Shown: positions 12,939 through 27,094 of the stretch, piece by piece
Position numbering within the stretch: position 1 is the stretch's first letter
How the letters are laid out: each line of letters begins with the position of its first letter
Assembly (NCBI RefSeq): GCF_002105155.1
Contig: NW_019028998.1
Location: 124,001-188,000, forward strand
From: Lobosporangium transversale
Taxonomy: Eukaryota
Length of the DNA stretch: 64,000 nucleotides
Direction of reading: 5' to 3'
The notes under the pieces: model-generated
Databases searched by the model: none
Told to the model about the DNA's origin: nothing
Seen by the model: the letters and a program-made list of their open reading frames with translations, nothing else
Made by a program: the position numbers and the translations under genes

Positions 12939-15157
12939 CCGCATAAAGAACTATACCCTGCTTTCCAATCACGAAACAATACAATTAAGAAACTTGAATT
13001 TACTGAAAGATGCAATTCTTCATCACAGCCATTAGTGTTCTTCCCATGACTCCTACAGATGATTTCTCACTCGGACATCGTATTACAGCCTCTCCGCTTG
13101 TAGCGTCACCGGCAGAGCCAGCCATAGAAAATTTTGATGGGCCATCTGCCACAGAAGGAACGTCAACTATTTTGGAGGAGCCAGTGTTTGATCAAGACGT
13201 CAGCATAGCACCAACGACCGAGAATGTACTAGACTCTCCAACGATCCGTAATCCAACGATCCGAGGTTTAAAGGAAAGTAACCCTAAAAGAAGGCGTGCA
13301 AGTGTGGCTGTATGGACACAGCAGGACCTTCTCAAATTAGCAGAGGCTGCAGGAGCGAAATCACAAGTGGACACGAGCCATTCGCCTGCAACATCAAGTG
13401 CGATAGCAAGGTTGTCACGGGCTATGGCTGACACCACTGGTGGTCAGACTCCAACCAGTCCCCATAAGTTGTCACAGGAGAGTCGTGGATCCTCTGATGT
13501 CTCTGTACAAATGAAAATGGCTCCAAAGAAGCTTACTGGACCTGCTACGTTCCAGGATTTGGACGAATGCATTGTAGTCCAGATTCTAGACAACTTGGCC
13601 CTGGACCAACTTTTGAAAGCAAGGCGCGTATGCAGGGGTTGGAACAGCCTTATCCTGGAGAATAGCGGTATATTAAGAGATTTGGACTTGTCCAAGTACA
13701 AGAAATTCGTCACGGATTCTGTACTGGCCGATCTTTGCAATACAGTGCTGAAAAGCAATAGGACAAGGACCACACGGGTCTCTTTACGAGACTGCTTTTT
13801 AGTGTCAGACAAGGGGTTATCGATGCTTGCAGCTCATATTCCGGCAGTACAGGACCTTGATTTGCACAGTTGTTGGAATGTATCGGATGCTGGTTTTCGA
13901 TCTCTAGGCGTGTATTGTCCACAGCTGCGATCGATCGATTTCTCCAACTGCAGGAAGCTGGGCGACGAAACTATTTATGGCCTATATCCAAAGGAAGCTA
14001 TGACTGAAAGTAGTTCTCTTCAAAAACAACATGTTGTTGAGAATGTCTTGGGTTCTCAGGCAGAGGACCATCCCGTATTGAAGGACGCGGCGGCACTCCA
14101 CTCTGCGACAGCGCCTGCAGATACATCCATGGATGAGGCTCAGGCGTTGTTGAAACGTCGTCCCTCTATTGAGATAGGATCTGATTTGGATGAGCAAACC
14201 GAGCAGCTTGATGCAACATCAAGCTCGCCTTCTCCAATGGATGTCGACCCTGCGACGATCCCTCAACAATCACAAAATGCGCCTCATGGCAAAACATTGG
14301 ATGTTGGAGCACCGTCGTCAGGGCCAAAAGGATGCCCATATCTTGCACGTTTGAACTTGTCCTACTGTAAGAACCTGACGGACAAGAGCTTCATTCACTT
14401 GTCTCTGTATGGATCCAAACAGCTAGAGTATTTGAATCTCCAACGTTGTACCACCATTTCTTCAGAGGCATTTGTCTCTTTGGATCCCAGCAGAAAGAAT
14501 ATGGTATTCCAAAATCAGCTAAAGGACAGTAATGGGAGTGTACATGAAGGCTACAACCCTTTGGTGGATCCTTGTTTTCCAAATCTGCGCGAACTTCACC
14601 TTTCAGACTGCACTTTTTTGACTGATGAGGCGATTGTGGCACTAGCGCCAAACATGCCACATCTCCAAGTTGCCTCACTTTCATTTTGCTGTGCATTAAC
14701 TGATGTAGCGGTTGAAGCCTTGAGCGAAAACTGTTTATTTTTGAAACGACTAGACTTATCATTCTGTGGGTCTGCAGTATCGGATGCAAGCTTGTATAAG
14801 CTTGCAAGATTCGATGCCTCGGAGCCTGGAAAGCATTCACTAGAGGAGCTTGAGATCCGAGGATGCGTTCGTGTGACAGAACGAGGGGTTCGAGAGGTGT
14901 TGAGCGGCTGTGTGAACTTGAAGAGGCTTAATGTCAGCAGTTGCAGTGGAATCGGAACGGGTGAATTACAGGAGCAAGGGAAACAGGGAGATGCAGCGCC
15001 CCCATCCAATCAAACTGAGACAGTAGAGCAGACAAATGGGTGGGTACCTCTTCAAGCAGGTCATAGCAGTGAACTGACGCGAAAGATGAATGCGCTGAAG
15101 AAGGGCAAGGAATGGGCATTGGCCCAACAACGCCCTGGGCTTGTTATTGTTGTCTAA
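11130..15157 (+). CDS. Protein with two cyclic-nucleotide-binding domains, an F-box-like motif and AMN1-type leucine-rich repeats
   Basis: Exons 11130-12104, 12263-12878 and 13029-15157, phases consistent. cNMP domain 1 has FFGDVGVLYKVPRSMDV and domain 2 has FFGEIAVLLDVPRIANV. F-box-like segment FQDLDECIVVQILDNL...RRVCRGWNSL. Repeated LxLSxCxxLTD LRR units follow. Confidence 0.9.
12178..12228. repeat. (TAT)17 microsatellite inside intron 1 of the cNMP/F-box gene
   Basis: Perfect trinucleotide run seen directly. Confidence 0.95.
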
Positions 15158-15815
15158 AAGAAGATAAGGATCAAGCAATGTATTCTCTGCCTTTTCTTTT
15201 TCCTTTTCTTTCTTTTTTTTTCCCCTGTTTCATTATTTCATCATTCATTGGTCCATTTTTGTTTTATTTTCATCTTCTTCATGCTTGGTTACGCGAAGCT
15301 GATCTTGTATATAGTCCTCTTTTAGTTCACATTGATGCAATAAAAAAAAATTATTGATGTCGTTCAATCTATGAAGCATATACTATGGCGGACATCCAAA
15401 CCTGAGAAGCCATCCGAAATCTGACAAGCCGAGCAGTATCGGAAGATCTACGGAAGAACCAGATATGTTTTAAGGGTAAATTTACTGATGCGGCCATCAG
15501 CTTGAGTTCCAATCGCCACATGCCATCATAGCTCACCCAAGGCTACTCTGTGCATAAAATGCTTGTGAGTCTAGCCAGCATTCAAGACTAGAGGACTCTT
15601 CACTGTTTTGTATCCTGTTTTGAACTTCTGCATCGAACATTTGTAGTGCATCCTTTTAGTCATTCTATTCACCCTGTTGCTAATCTGTAATGCTCACTCT
15701 CACCCCCGTTGGTCTTTTTTTAAAAAAGCGTCCTTGAATCCCCAGTAGTCTGGTTTGGAGGGATTTATTCTCAGTAGATTCGGAAGTCTGCCTATCCGAA
15801 GCAAACGGGGGGGTT

Positions 15816-15854
<39 letters not shown>

Positions 15855-16058
15855 AAGGTGGAGATTAATTGAGCCAAAAAAGGGTTTTTTTTATTACTTT
15901 CAAAGTTAGATGACTACACGAAGAGGCCTTAGATCAGCGCAGGTTGACATTTTTTTTTTTTTTTTTTTTTTTTTTTGTTTGTAAGGCCTGCTTGATCCTC
16001 TGCTACATTCAGTCCGTTGGATGGCTGCCATTTCCTTGGAAATAATCGCTATCTCTTT

Positions 16059-16256
16059 TTACTTCTTGCCCGATTCTTCGTTCTTGGCAGCGGTCGACAT
16101 GGCGCGCTCCTTGAAGCCGGTGGTGGCAGTGGCAGATTTCGGATTTCGATCCGCGGCACTCTGGATTCTTGACGCGTCTTCCGATGTCATTGGGTTGTCA
16201 CCACCTTTGTGTCCTCCTTGCTGGTGGGAACCGGTCGTATTGCGGTTGCTGGACAT
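16059..16256 (-). CDS. 65-aa hydrophilic SMP (seed-maturation/LEA-like) stress protein
   Basis: Intronless ORF with AAAAAAAATG start context. MTSEDASRIQSAADRNPKSATATTGFKERAMSTAAKN resembles the MTxxxAxRIQSAxx...GFxxRAxxAAxxN family. G/S/A/K-rich. Confidence 0.75.
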   Translation of the reverse strand: MSSNRNTTGSHQQGGHKGGDNPMTSEDASRIQSAADRNPKSATATTGFKERAMSTAAKNEESGKK

Positions 16257-16972
16257 TTTTTTTTTTTTTTTTCTTAAGAATGTGTGAATATGTGTTATGT
16301 GTTTGGAAAAATATTTAGAAGAAATGAAGAGATGCTAGTTGAGGAGGAAAAAAAAAAAAAAAAAAAAACGAAATCAAAAGAGTATTTGTAGTCATCCAGG
16401 ACACGATCTGCACGGACCACTTTTCATTTCCACACAAAAACGAAATCCACACACGTAACGTAATATAGCATATACCATATGCATTTTTTTCTTTCTTGCT
16501 TTCTTTCTTGCTTTCTTTCTTGCATTCTTTCTTGGCATGGCCCGTGCCGGGGCGTACATGCACATGAGTGGGCCTTATTCATCTTTTTTTTTTTTTTTTT
16601 TTTTTTTTTAGTGACATATTCTCGCGATGATGTTTGTTAAATATTCGTTTTCGAAATTCCCTTTTTCTTGATATCACAAGTTCATGCAGATGTTCCCACA
16701 CGACGTTACTAGATGTTTTGCGGTGCCATCACGTCAGACTGATAGAATGCTTGGCAAAAAGTGTCTAGCACAATCGACGTGCGTTGCCGCTCTCTCCCCT
16801 CTTGAATCGATATTCTGGCGCTCTAGGCACTTGGAAATGTAGGAAAATCGCTCATGCCAGCAAACAATGTATTTCCCTATGACCGACACTTTGCGGCATA
16901 ATGTAGCAATGATTTAACAAGGCTTTACTATCCTGTCCTGTTAGCCATCTACTGTGTGTCTATAATGCCTGA

Positions 16973-17003
<31 letters not shown>

Positions 17004-17530
17004 TTTTTCTTTCGCACAAAGAGCCTCGGAAAGAGATATGTGCATTCGATTGTCAAACCCACAACCTCTACCCCAAACAGAGCTAACTTTGCTCAACTGA
17101 GCTGTAATGACTTGCCTTGGTTTTTTATTTCCTCTACTTCTCTAAGGAAGTCAGACTGCCAAGTCAGTGGTCGATGATTGTAAACTCGACTGATTTTATC
17201 TTTTTTCTGCTCTTCGTGGCTGTTGCAAAAACTATCTCGATAGTCTAAATGTTCGTAGGTATCTGTCACGTGACAAAGCCCTTCTATCATGTGTCGTTCT
17301 TTGAAATTGAAACCCTCTTTTACTCAGCCGCCATCGACTTTGGGAATATCAACGGTCAATTGGACAACGAAATAGTGTCAGCATTAACAAGCCCAATAAA
17401 CAACAACAACAACACATTAAACACAGCAATAACAATAAAAAAAAAAAAAAAAAAAAAAAGCTTGACAACATCTGAATTCTCATTTCCCAGGGGAGGTGAT
17501 TAACCCAGTTTAAAAAATAGAAGCAAGCAA

Positions 17531-17740
17531 ATGAAGCTATTCCCAATCTGGGCTGTATCGCTATCGTTGCTCGCCATAAGCCCAACCATATTAGCACGGA
17601 AGTTCCCAACAAGCGGACTATATAATGTTGATGCCAACGTTGGTTTAAAAGACGTTCAAGGTACAGTGGCTGCTTTTGGGGACTTTAACGGAGACAAATT
17701 GTAAGTGTGTTGGCTCACTCATAGGCACATTTCTGGCTTG

Positions 17741-17772
<32 letters not shown>

Positions 17773-18460
17773 CATTTTGATTGGTGATATATAGACGGTG
17801 TTATTTTACTTACTATTCTTCTTGGCTACTATTCCTTCATTTATCGGTTTAGTACGGACATTATCACACTGAGCGACGATCAGACTTCTATTAGCATATA
17901 TCTTTGGGATCATGGTAAGTCATTGAAAACATTGTCGAAAAAAAAGGAAAAAGAAAAAAACTGGAAGCAGGAATCCACTTCTATGATTAATATCATGATA
18001 TAGTATTGTTGTCTTTTTGCGTATTGGATATTGTAAAATATCGCCCTAACTTTTTATTACCTTTCTATATCATTTTATTTTATTTTTTTTTATTGTTTTT
18101 TTTTCTGCTATGAATAGCCGCTTGGACATTTACTTTACTTCCCTCAGCAAATGTAACCATATCACAAACACCTCAGAGCTTCATCATTACCAACATTGTA
18201 CCTGGAGATTTCAACCGTGATGGCAAACTGGATCTATTAGTTATGGGTCAACAAAATCCAGAGCCTGACGTGGATGGAGAATTAATGATGCGTATCTATC
18301 TCGGAAATATTGACGATGGATTTGGTAAGTGCGGGCTGTGAGAATAGGCTATAGACAATGAAACAAAGACCCTAGACGGAATAATAAGTGCTAACATTGG
18401 CTCCTTGGTTTTTTTTATTTACACTATGAACTTGCGGATTTTATTTTACTTATTTTTTTT

Positions 18461-18497
<37 letters not shown>

Positions 18498-19459
18498 GAG
18501 CAGACCCAAACTTCATCATTATTCCTTCCGCAACAACTCAACAGCCCATGACATTCGACTTGAACGGGGATATGTTGACAGATCTCTTGGGATATGCTTT
18601 CGAGGGATACCAGGCAGGTGTAAGCACGTTGTCTGTCTGGAAGAATGTCTATACGCCAGAGATTCCAAACAAGATTTTTGAAATGTAGGCACATTGGTAT
18701 TGTCAGCATTCCTCACGCATTTGATCCTGCGCTGAACCTTGGGAGGGAGAACTAATGCTTTTATATACATATATCGCAATAATGATATAGTATGCCTATG
18801 AACTTCACTGGCGAGTCAGGACCATTGTGTACGCTTTCTAAACCTCATTCAAGTGCATTTGTTGATCTCAACGGGGATTGCTTGGCAGGTAAACGGCGGA
18901 TCATCCAGTTTAATTTTTTAAAGTTTATACAAGTTGATAATGACCAGCCGGTAAACAACTAGGTTAAACGACGAATTGGCTCTTATAAAAACGTATTTAT
19001 CTGTAGATATTTTCCTGACTTGTTTTGATGGCCATCAACGTAGTTATGTCGTTTATGTCAACAATAAGGACCTAGGGTTCTCGTTTGCAGTCAGTGGATT
19101 GCTTCCAGAAGGCGCTGGGCAGGTCACTTTTGCTGACATTGATGGCGATGGTGCAGTAGATTTTGTAGTGCCTGCTTGCGACACGCATGGACAATGTTCG
19201 ATCTATGTCTACTATAATCAACAAATGCCGTTATGCACATCAAAGGGCCAGAATGACTGTCGTCAGGTCTCCAATCTCTGTGTTGCAGATCCGAACTTCT
19301 CGTTCAGCGTCGATCCTGATCATAACACCAGTCCCGGGGTAAATATGCGAACTTCTTCTTACCAGTTTATAGATCCAGGCTAATGGAACAGAGGGCAAGA
19401 AGGATATAAAAAAAAAAATTTACTCCTTACTTGTTTGCGCTACGATCCTGTTAACGATA

Positions 19460-19493
<34 letters not shown>

Positions 19494-20815
19494 TGGTAGG
19501 CCTTGGTTCAATTCCCTCTGAATGGCGTATTACCAGATGGCCAGCAGCTTTTGCTTTCTGATCCTGATTTCAAGGGCAGGCTGCCGGTGGCAGTGCATGT
19601 TGGGGACTACAACTTGGACGGATATCCGGATTTGTTGGTGGTGAGTGGTACACCAGGAGATAACCGTCGACCATCCAGCGCAACACTGCTTCAATCGGTT
19701 TTGTGTTCTACAGGCGATGATGTCTGTTTGCCTTCAGCTGTGGCAGCAAAGAGACGAAGCTTTGTTAAGGTGACAGATGGTGCAGATGCATTGAACTTTG
19801 TCCAAGATGTACGAGCCGCTGCCTTTATGGATCTAGATGAGGATGTAAGTAATTATTATTACTTTTAAGGAGAAAAAAAAAAAAAAAAAAAAAAAAAAGT
19901 AATAGACTTATATTTCTTTTTACTAATATTGATATTTACTCTTGATAGGGCACCGTGGACATTATGCTACTCCGTAACTCACCACTACAACAAGGAGTTG
20001 CAGGGAGAGCTATTACGATGATCCATAACAATTATTTTAATGATGCATTTTTCTTAAAGACATTAGCTTCTAATGGTGTGTCACCTACATGGTCCGGGCC
20101 CAACGATAAGCGTCCGACCAAAGAAGGAGCAAAGCCCTTTGGGGTCAATTATCCAGGTGCAACATTCAAATTTACAGTACTGGATACATCTGGAATCAAG
20201 CGAGCGAATCAAGTTGCACAGTATCCATCATCAACTTATATGAATCTGGCACTTCCATTCTCGTTGTTTGGTTTGGGCAGGACCAACAATTATGTTGAAG
20301 AATTGTTTGTTGGCGTGACTAGAAATCAGGACGAGCATTTTACGACATATGCGGGAGTAATTCCAAATTCACAGTTGATCATCATTCCATATCAGGCAGA
20401 GGATGCGTCCCGTCCATCAACACCTTCATCTGGATATGGATTAGAAGGCGGCAACGGAATGGGCGAAAATGTTTCTATGCAGGCCGAGAACAAAGGCGGA
20501 CCGAGTGAATGGACGTTAGAGCTCTATATCCGTCCAGGAGATTATGTTCCTTGGGTATTTGTTGTCCTTGTTACTGCAATTGCCATCCTTGCCGGAGTCG
20601 TTGTGGGCCTTAACTGGATGGAGAAGGTAGAGGAAAAAGAAGGAGAGATAAGGGAAAAAAAGAAAAATATAATTCGATGTAATATAAATGAAACTGACTT
20701 TAATCTTTCCGATCCTAACCTTTGAACAATTTTTTTTTTTTTTTTTTTTTTTCAGCGTGAGGATGAAAGGGAGCGAAAGAAGGCACTTCATATCATCAAC
20801 TTTGATGCCTTGTAA
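17531..20815 (+). CDS. ITFG1/TIP/LINKIN-family FG-GAP repeat type I membrane protein
   Basis: Signal peptide MKLFPIWAVSLSLLAIS. FG-GAP/VCBS motifs AFGDFNGDK, PGDFNRDGKLD, FDLNGD, FADIDGDGAVD, GDYNLDGYPD. Conserved FGLGRTNNYVEE and IPNSQLII, one TM helix, C-terminus REDERERKKALHIINFDAL*. About 9 exons. Confidence 0.92.
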
Positions 20816-21092
20816 ATACAATCATTTTGCAGAGAGTCAGTATAGGAAAGAGGAAAGAAGGGAGAGAAGAATCAAACATAGTTAATCAAATAAAATAAGT
20901 ATAACGTATAAAGCATTGCCATTCGTTCTCGGCGATACGATACTATTACCTTGTTTTCAAACTCGGTGTTCTTGACTTCATTGAAGGATTTAGGGATTAA
21001 AAGTGAAAGACGAGAGCTTAAAATGCAAATCGATAAAAGTCCTAGGTGCGGAGAATATACCGTTGGCCATAACGAACATTCATGTGTAAAAA

Positions 21093-21132
21093 GAAAAGGA
21101 AAAGGAAAAGGAAAAGGAAAAGGAAAAGGAAA
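21093..21132. repeat. (GGAAAA)n hexamer microsatellite
   Basis: About 6 tandem units seen directly. Confidence 0.85.
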
Positions 21133-21642
21133 GAAGAACGAAGGGTTTTTAATGAAGTGAGAACACGTGCTCGAGTTAGTTGTAATGTAGTTTCGCGTGG
21201 TCCATGTGGAGATAACCTTAAAGCCCATTTAGGAAGAATAAAAAAGCGCTATCGTTGCCTGCAATGCACTTGACCAGATAAAAAAAAAATAAAATAAAAT
21301 AAAGTCGATAAAAAAAATTAAAGTCAGTCAGGAACAAATGTTCAGGAGTGTTGCTGGATAGGTGCAAGAGGTGCATTTTAAGGTGAAGGATAGTATGTTG
21401 TATAACCATATTACGGTCGAAGAAAAGAGTGAAGGGCGCAGTGCGGCGAGTGGTTGTGGGAAATGGAGTTTTTATCCACATTAACAAAAGCTGCTATCAT
21501 TGGTCTTCCTTTTTTTTCTCTCTTCTTTCTCTCTTCTCTTCGCCCTGACCTGATGTCCGTCCTGCACTGAGAATATTCCTTTAGCTTCCTTTTCTTCTTC
21601 ACATCTTGCATCTTTCTTTCCTCACCCTACTCGTTCCCCCCC

Positions 21643-21674
<32 letters not shown>

Positions 21675-21795
21675 GTGTCTTAGTCATTTCCTTTCTTTAT
21701 TCTTGAAATATAATCTTGCAACACTTCATTCAGTCCTTGAAAAAAGTAAAAAAAAAAATAAAAAAAAATAAAAAAAAAAAAAGAAACAGGACAGA

Positions 21796-22085
21796 ATGTC
21801 CACTCACCGTGTACAAGAAGGCGAGGATCAAGATGCTGTTGCACGTCCTTCTTCATTTCAAAAGAAATCGGACCGTAGCACACTCACCATGACTTGGCCC
21901 TTGCGTCCAAGTGTGGAGGAACATCGTACAAGTCATATTAACGGCCATAGTACATTTGGGTAGGATGTCACACTACTGCATCTTCCTTGCATATCTGGCT
22001 TTTTTTTTTTTTTTTTTTAAACAGTTTAGCTTTGTAAGACAGCTTTAACCAAGGATATTATTATTAATATTAATACTAATATTAT

Positions 22086-22118
<33 letters not shown>

Positions 22119-25100
22119 TATTACTATGGTGTTCATTACAGGGCTCATCAAACCATCGCATCACATACTATTGCAATTCCCTCACCCGTTCTTCAACGTA
22201 AAAAAGGCGTCCGCTTCTTCTTTGCACCGGACGACGACGAGCCAGGACAGGATAACTCGGACGGAAATTCGGACGATGATAATGACAATGACAATGACAA
22301 TGACAATGAAAATGACAATGATGATAATGATAATCTAGATCTCGATGAAGGGCCTTATGATGATGGAGATATCAATAGAACCACCCCTGATGGAGTAGAT
22401 GAACAAATCATACGCAATTCAGATACTATTCAGCTTGGCCTTCATGACCTTGACTTGAATGATTCTCCAGGTGGCGGAGAGGCTGATCCTATCGATCTGT
22501 ACTACGACACCCGCGGCGAAAGTGACGAGGACGAAGGCGAGCCATCCTCTGATGGAGCTAGCAATAAGGATCAGGAACGGCTCGACCGCTTCATGCAACC
22601 GACCTCCAACTCAGATGAGGGCGTCCTCGAACTAAATCGAGAGCGAATAGATTGGCAGAGTATGCTTCAGTCCGTCCTTACTGGAGAAGTCTTTAGCATC
22701 GAAAATAGACGTCTTGAAGAACCCAACTTTGAAATCCAACCCGAAATGAAGCAGGAGATATGGCAGGGTATCCGTGCTACCATCCATTCACGACCCATCA
22801 GTGATGAAAAGCGCTTTATTGAGACAGCAAGGGGCCAGGTGGATAGTTTCCTTCAAGAAGTCATGGATTTCAAAGTCGACCCCAACAGCAAATTGTCGCC
22901 ATTGGACCAAGTACTAGACGTCCTTCACAAAGTCGATATCGTCGAGAGTCTTTACCCAAAATTATCCGAAGTCGCGGTTGATAAACCACTTTATAGCTCT
23001 GCAAAGTTTCAACATCGTCTCAGTGCCCTTAATTCGTATGCGAGCATAATGAAAAAGATGAAAATCCAGTTACAGATCCTTAGGAACTGGACAGGGAGCG
23101 AGACCTTGGAGGTTTCACGATCCAAAAATGCTGGTCAGGATGAAGTTTCCTTTGTCGATAAATTGCTCAAGGAGAACGGACTAGAGAGGACTTTTGAGAA
23201 GAGTACCCTCAGCTCATTGCATAAGGCGATGAAGCAGATCAAGAAGACCATGATGGAGAACGCAGTTGCCTTTGCTAGCATGGGTCTCGTACCAGCTATG
23301 AGTGAGTTGCAGCAACTGGCTCGGTTCCCTACAAAGCTGATGCAAGAGTGTTTGCGATTGCGACTAGAGTATGCTGATCGTGTTACTGTCCCAACCTTGC
23401 TCAATGTGGATCAGATGCTTGAAGACTTCAAGACTTCCCTGTTCTTGGCATGCAGAATCAAATATGAATACGAGGAGCTAGAGAGCAGCGACCAAGATGG
23501 ATGGTATTTGGAGCCTTGTACTGATTCAGAGTATGAAAAAATCCTAAAGTCCTCATTACAGTTTTATTTCAAGCTGTTGTCATGGAAGGTTGAGTATTGG
23601 GGTCAATCCAAAAAATACAGCGACTCGGTTCTGGACCTGGAATGGGACAGTCTCAGCGTACTTGGTCAAGCTATCGACGGCATAGGCCTGGACACGGCAG
23701 AACAACTTTGGTAAAACCTGATTTGCCTCCCTTCCGATACTGAGCTTTTGTTTTATTCTATACTTTTATTTAACCACTCTCATTCACGTAATATACTACT
23801 GTGCTATAGCTTCTTGACGAGCAAATCAACATCATTTCTCCACAAGCATCTGCAGGACCAGATGAAAGAGAACCCGGACCTACCTCAGACTGCAAGTGAG
23901 GTCACAAAATTTTACGGCAAGGTTCTAGAGAATGTCCGCTTTAGAGCCAACAGAATCCGCCGATCCGGAAGGTAACGATCAATGATCCCCGCCTGTCCCC
24001 TTGTTTCAAAGGAAATAATGAACATCTACAAGGCTATGCTCGTCTAACTTTTTTATTTATATTTTTTTATTTTATTTCTATTTCGACTGCTAAAGGCTGC
24101 TGACAGACACTTTCGAGAACGCTGCAGAATACCTGCTAGACAAAAAGAAGGCTGATAGCTTCGCATCATTGATGACCAAGCTCGCAGAGACAAATCACGT
24201 CTTGGTATATACCAACACCATAGAAAATATGGGTATATATATGGTTGTTGAACACAAAGTCGCCGAAAATGGGATTTATATCCCACATACACTCCGGTCC
24301 TGCTTTGAACAGCCAGGGACTGGATATATCCTTATATTAACGCCTCGTGAACGCTTTGTGTGGTCTGGCCCGATTCTACATTTGGATGGTTTACCTGGAT
24401 TTGATCTGGACGTGAAACCTGGACGTGTTCGATTGATCTCTGAGCGGGGAAGTCTACTGGATACTTGCAAAAAACGGTTTGGGAAGATTGCAGAGCCTTA
24501 TGGACTCGAAATTATTACCGAAAGTCGAGCCAATGTGGCTGCGCTCAACAAAGAGTTAAACAAGACCAAGAAGGCTTTTTACAAGTTAGCAGATTCAATC
24601 GTACAGTCTGTAACAGTGCTTCGCAAGGTGACGATGAAAGTAGCGAACTGTCAAGACCTTGTTCAGCCATTTTTCCGTTTCGCTTCAGACTATGGATTGA
24701 CTTCCCTAAGTGCAATGGAGGGATTGCCACGTACTCAATTCAATTTGAAACTACTACGACTTTCTATTGACTGGGTCAGCTTTGTATGCGACGATTGTGA
24801 TCAAACAGAACGACAAACTTTCCGGTGGGCAATGGCAGCCCTCAACTTCGCTATGAAGATGACAAAGGGAAACAATATTCTAGCACTTAGTGATTCCGAG
24901 TTTTCATGGCTGCGATCCAAAATTGCAGGATGTATGACTCTCTTGATTTCTCACTTTGATATTCATGGAGCTCGTTCGAGTGAAGCAACGCGCAATGATC
25001 GTGACGGGCGACAAAAGCAGCAAAAAACTAAGGATCAGGCACGATTGGTAGAAGAGATCAATGACATCCTCAAGTTGGCCACAGCCAATGAATCTGTTCT

Positions 25101-27094
25101 GTCAGAAGAGGCAATGCGCAATCATCGTTTGCAGGTAGAGCGACTAGCTAACCTCGAAAAGGGTCGGACAGAACGAGAACAGGAAATCAAAGTAATTGGT
25201 AAAGTTCTTGATGATCAAAAGCCTGAGGATCGTTCTCTTGTTGTCTTGGCAGCGCTGACGGATTCAGTGGCGATCCGCTGGCAGATGGCCAAATATATTG
25301 GTTCTGGCACGTTTGGCACTGTATACTTGGGCACAAACTCTGATACTGGAGAGCTGATAGCGGTCAAAGAGATCCGTTTCCAAAATCCATCCACGGCCCT
25401 AGTCAAGTCAATTTATGACGAAATGAGAGTGATGAAGATGTTACACCATCCTAACATTGTACGATATGACAACATCGAGGTTCATCGACACAAGGTTTTC
25501 ATATTTATGGAATACTGTCAAGGAGGCAGCTTGGCAGACCTTCTAGAGCATGGCAGAATCGAAGACGAAAAAGTCATCAAGTTTTATACACTTCAGATGC
25601 TGAAAGGTCTCGCGTATCTTCACGAGAAGAATGTTGTCCATCGAGACGTTAAACCAGATAGTAAGTGATTTGAATGAATGGGGTCAATTTGGTTTTAATT
25701 CATTAACGGACATTGCCAACTCGAATTTAGGACCAATCATTAATACAAATTGATATGTTTTTTTTTTTTTTTTTTCTTGGATAGATATTCTTTTTGATCA
25801 TCTGGACAATATTAAGTTTGTGGATTTCGGCGCAGCCAAGATTTTGGCCAAGAATCAAAGGACACGGACACAAGGTCGTTTAGCCACAGATAGTATAAAC
25901 GTAGGCGTTGGAGCAAATTCTTTGAACGGAACACCTATGTATATGGCGCCCGAGGTGATCAAGAATGGGGAAAAGGGTCGCAAAGGAAGCATGGACATTT
26001 GGTCGATGGGCTGCTGTGTACTGGAAATGGCGACAGGTCGTCGCCCTTGGGCACATTTAGATAATGAATGGGCTGTCATGTACCATGTTGCAACTTCACA
26101 TCCCCCTCTTCCAGATCCGTCCCAGATGAGTGCCAAAGGAATTGCCTTTTTGAAAAGATGTTTTACAAGGAGCAGCATGCTGCGACCATCCGCAATAGAA
26201 CTTCTTCAAGATGAATGGCTCCGGGGCGTGGATCCGGATGAAAAACGAGATGAGGGTGAATACAGGGACATAGAGACGGAGATCAACGGCGACGGCGAAG
26301 CTTTACGAGGTTCTGCTAATGGAGAATTCGAACATGAGTTTGATAATTTTGACAATCAAATCACAATGTCGAACTTCCTTCAAATCTCTGGCGATGAAGA
26401 AGACGCTGTTGAAAACCAGGAAGATACCAATGATCAGACAAAGGATATACATCAGCACAAACCTTCCAGTACTGGTCAAACAAAATTAGAGTCCAGTCAA
26501 AAACACACAGTATCTGCAAACGGAAAGGCACTGGATGATTCCGAAAACGTCAAGAGTCCTGATAGCTGCGCCTCTGTCATGTCGGATACTTTCTCAGATG
26601 TTGGATCAGAAGTTGGGTTGATACTTAGTGCAGTAAGGGAACGAGAGGAGACATCGAGACAGGTTTCAAAGCAGTCATCTATACAGGCATCACCTATACC
26701 TTGCCACGCTGCTGATAGCGTAGATGAAGCCACTTTCTCCTCTCGAGCTTCTCTAATGTTAGGATCAGGAGTTGTCGATGCGTCAATAGACAAGTTGGTG
26801 AAAGCACATCGCGATGGTTCTTCGGATACAGCGCAGTCAGCGCCGGTTGCTAATGCTAGCAATGACGCTTCAGATAATATTGAACATAATGAGTTTGCTC
26901 GTGAGATGGGACTCGATATGTATGATACAGACGCTTTGCAGAGCAAACATGAACGTAATGGCCAACAATCGCCGGTCTTGTCAATTAGTTTGATGGAGAA
27001 GGAAGATCATGGCAGAGAACAATTGGCCACAGAAAGCGCAAATGCAGCGACAGCAGCTGTTTTGAAAGAAAATGCACTGGAAGAGCCATGTTGA
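21796..27094 (+). CDS. SSK2: Stress-activated MAP kinase kinase kinase, Ssk2/Wis4-type (HOG pathway)
   Basis: Exons approx. 21796-21959, 22142-23710, 23810-23971, 24096-25660 and 25785-27094. Ssk2 N-terminal region RERIDWQSMLQSVLTGEV and IDWVSFVCDDC...TFRWAMAAL. Kinase motifs IGSGTFGTVY, AVKEI, HRDVKPDNI, DFGAAK, GTPMYMAPE. Confidence 0.92.

Noticed and set aside
13192..15178. Antisense ORFs overlapping long exons (also in SSK2, START, METTL25 and DBP10)
   Set aside because: These are expected shadows of the coding strand, with no independent homology signals.
15392..15430. Two imperfect ~19-bp direct repeats (CATCCAAACCTGAGAAGC / CATCCGAAATCTGACAAGC)
   Set aside because: Only two adjacent degenerate copies with no spacers. 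Not CRISPR-like; likely a local duplication.
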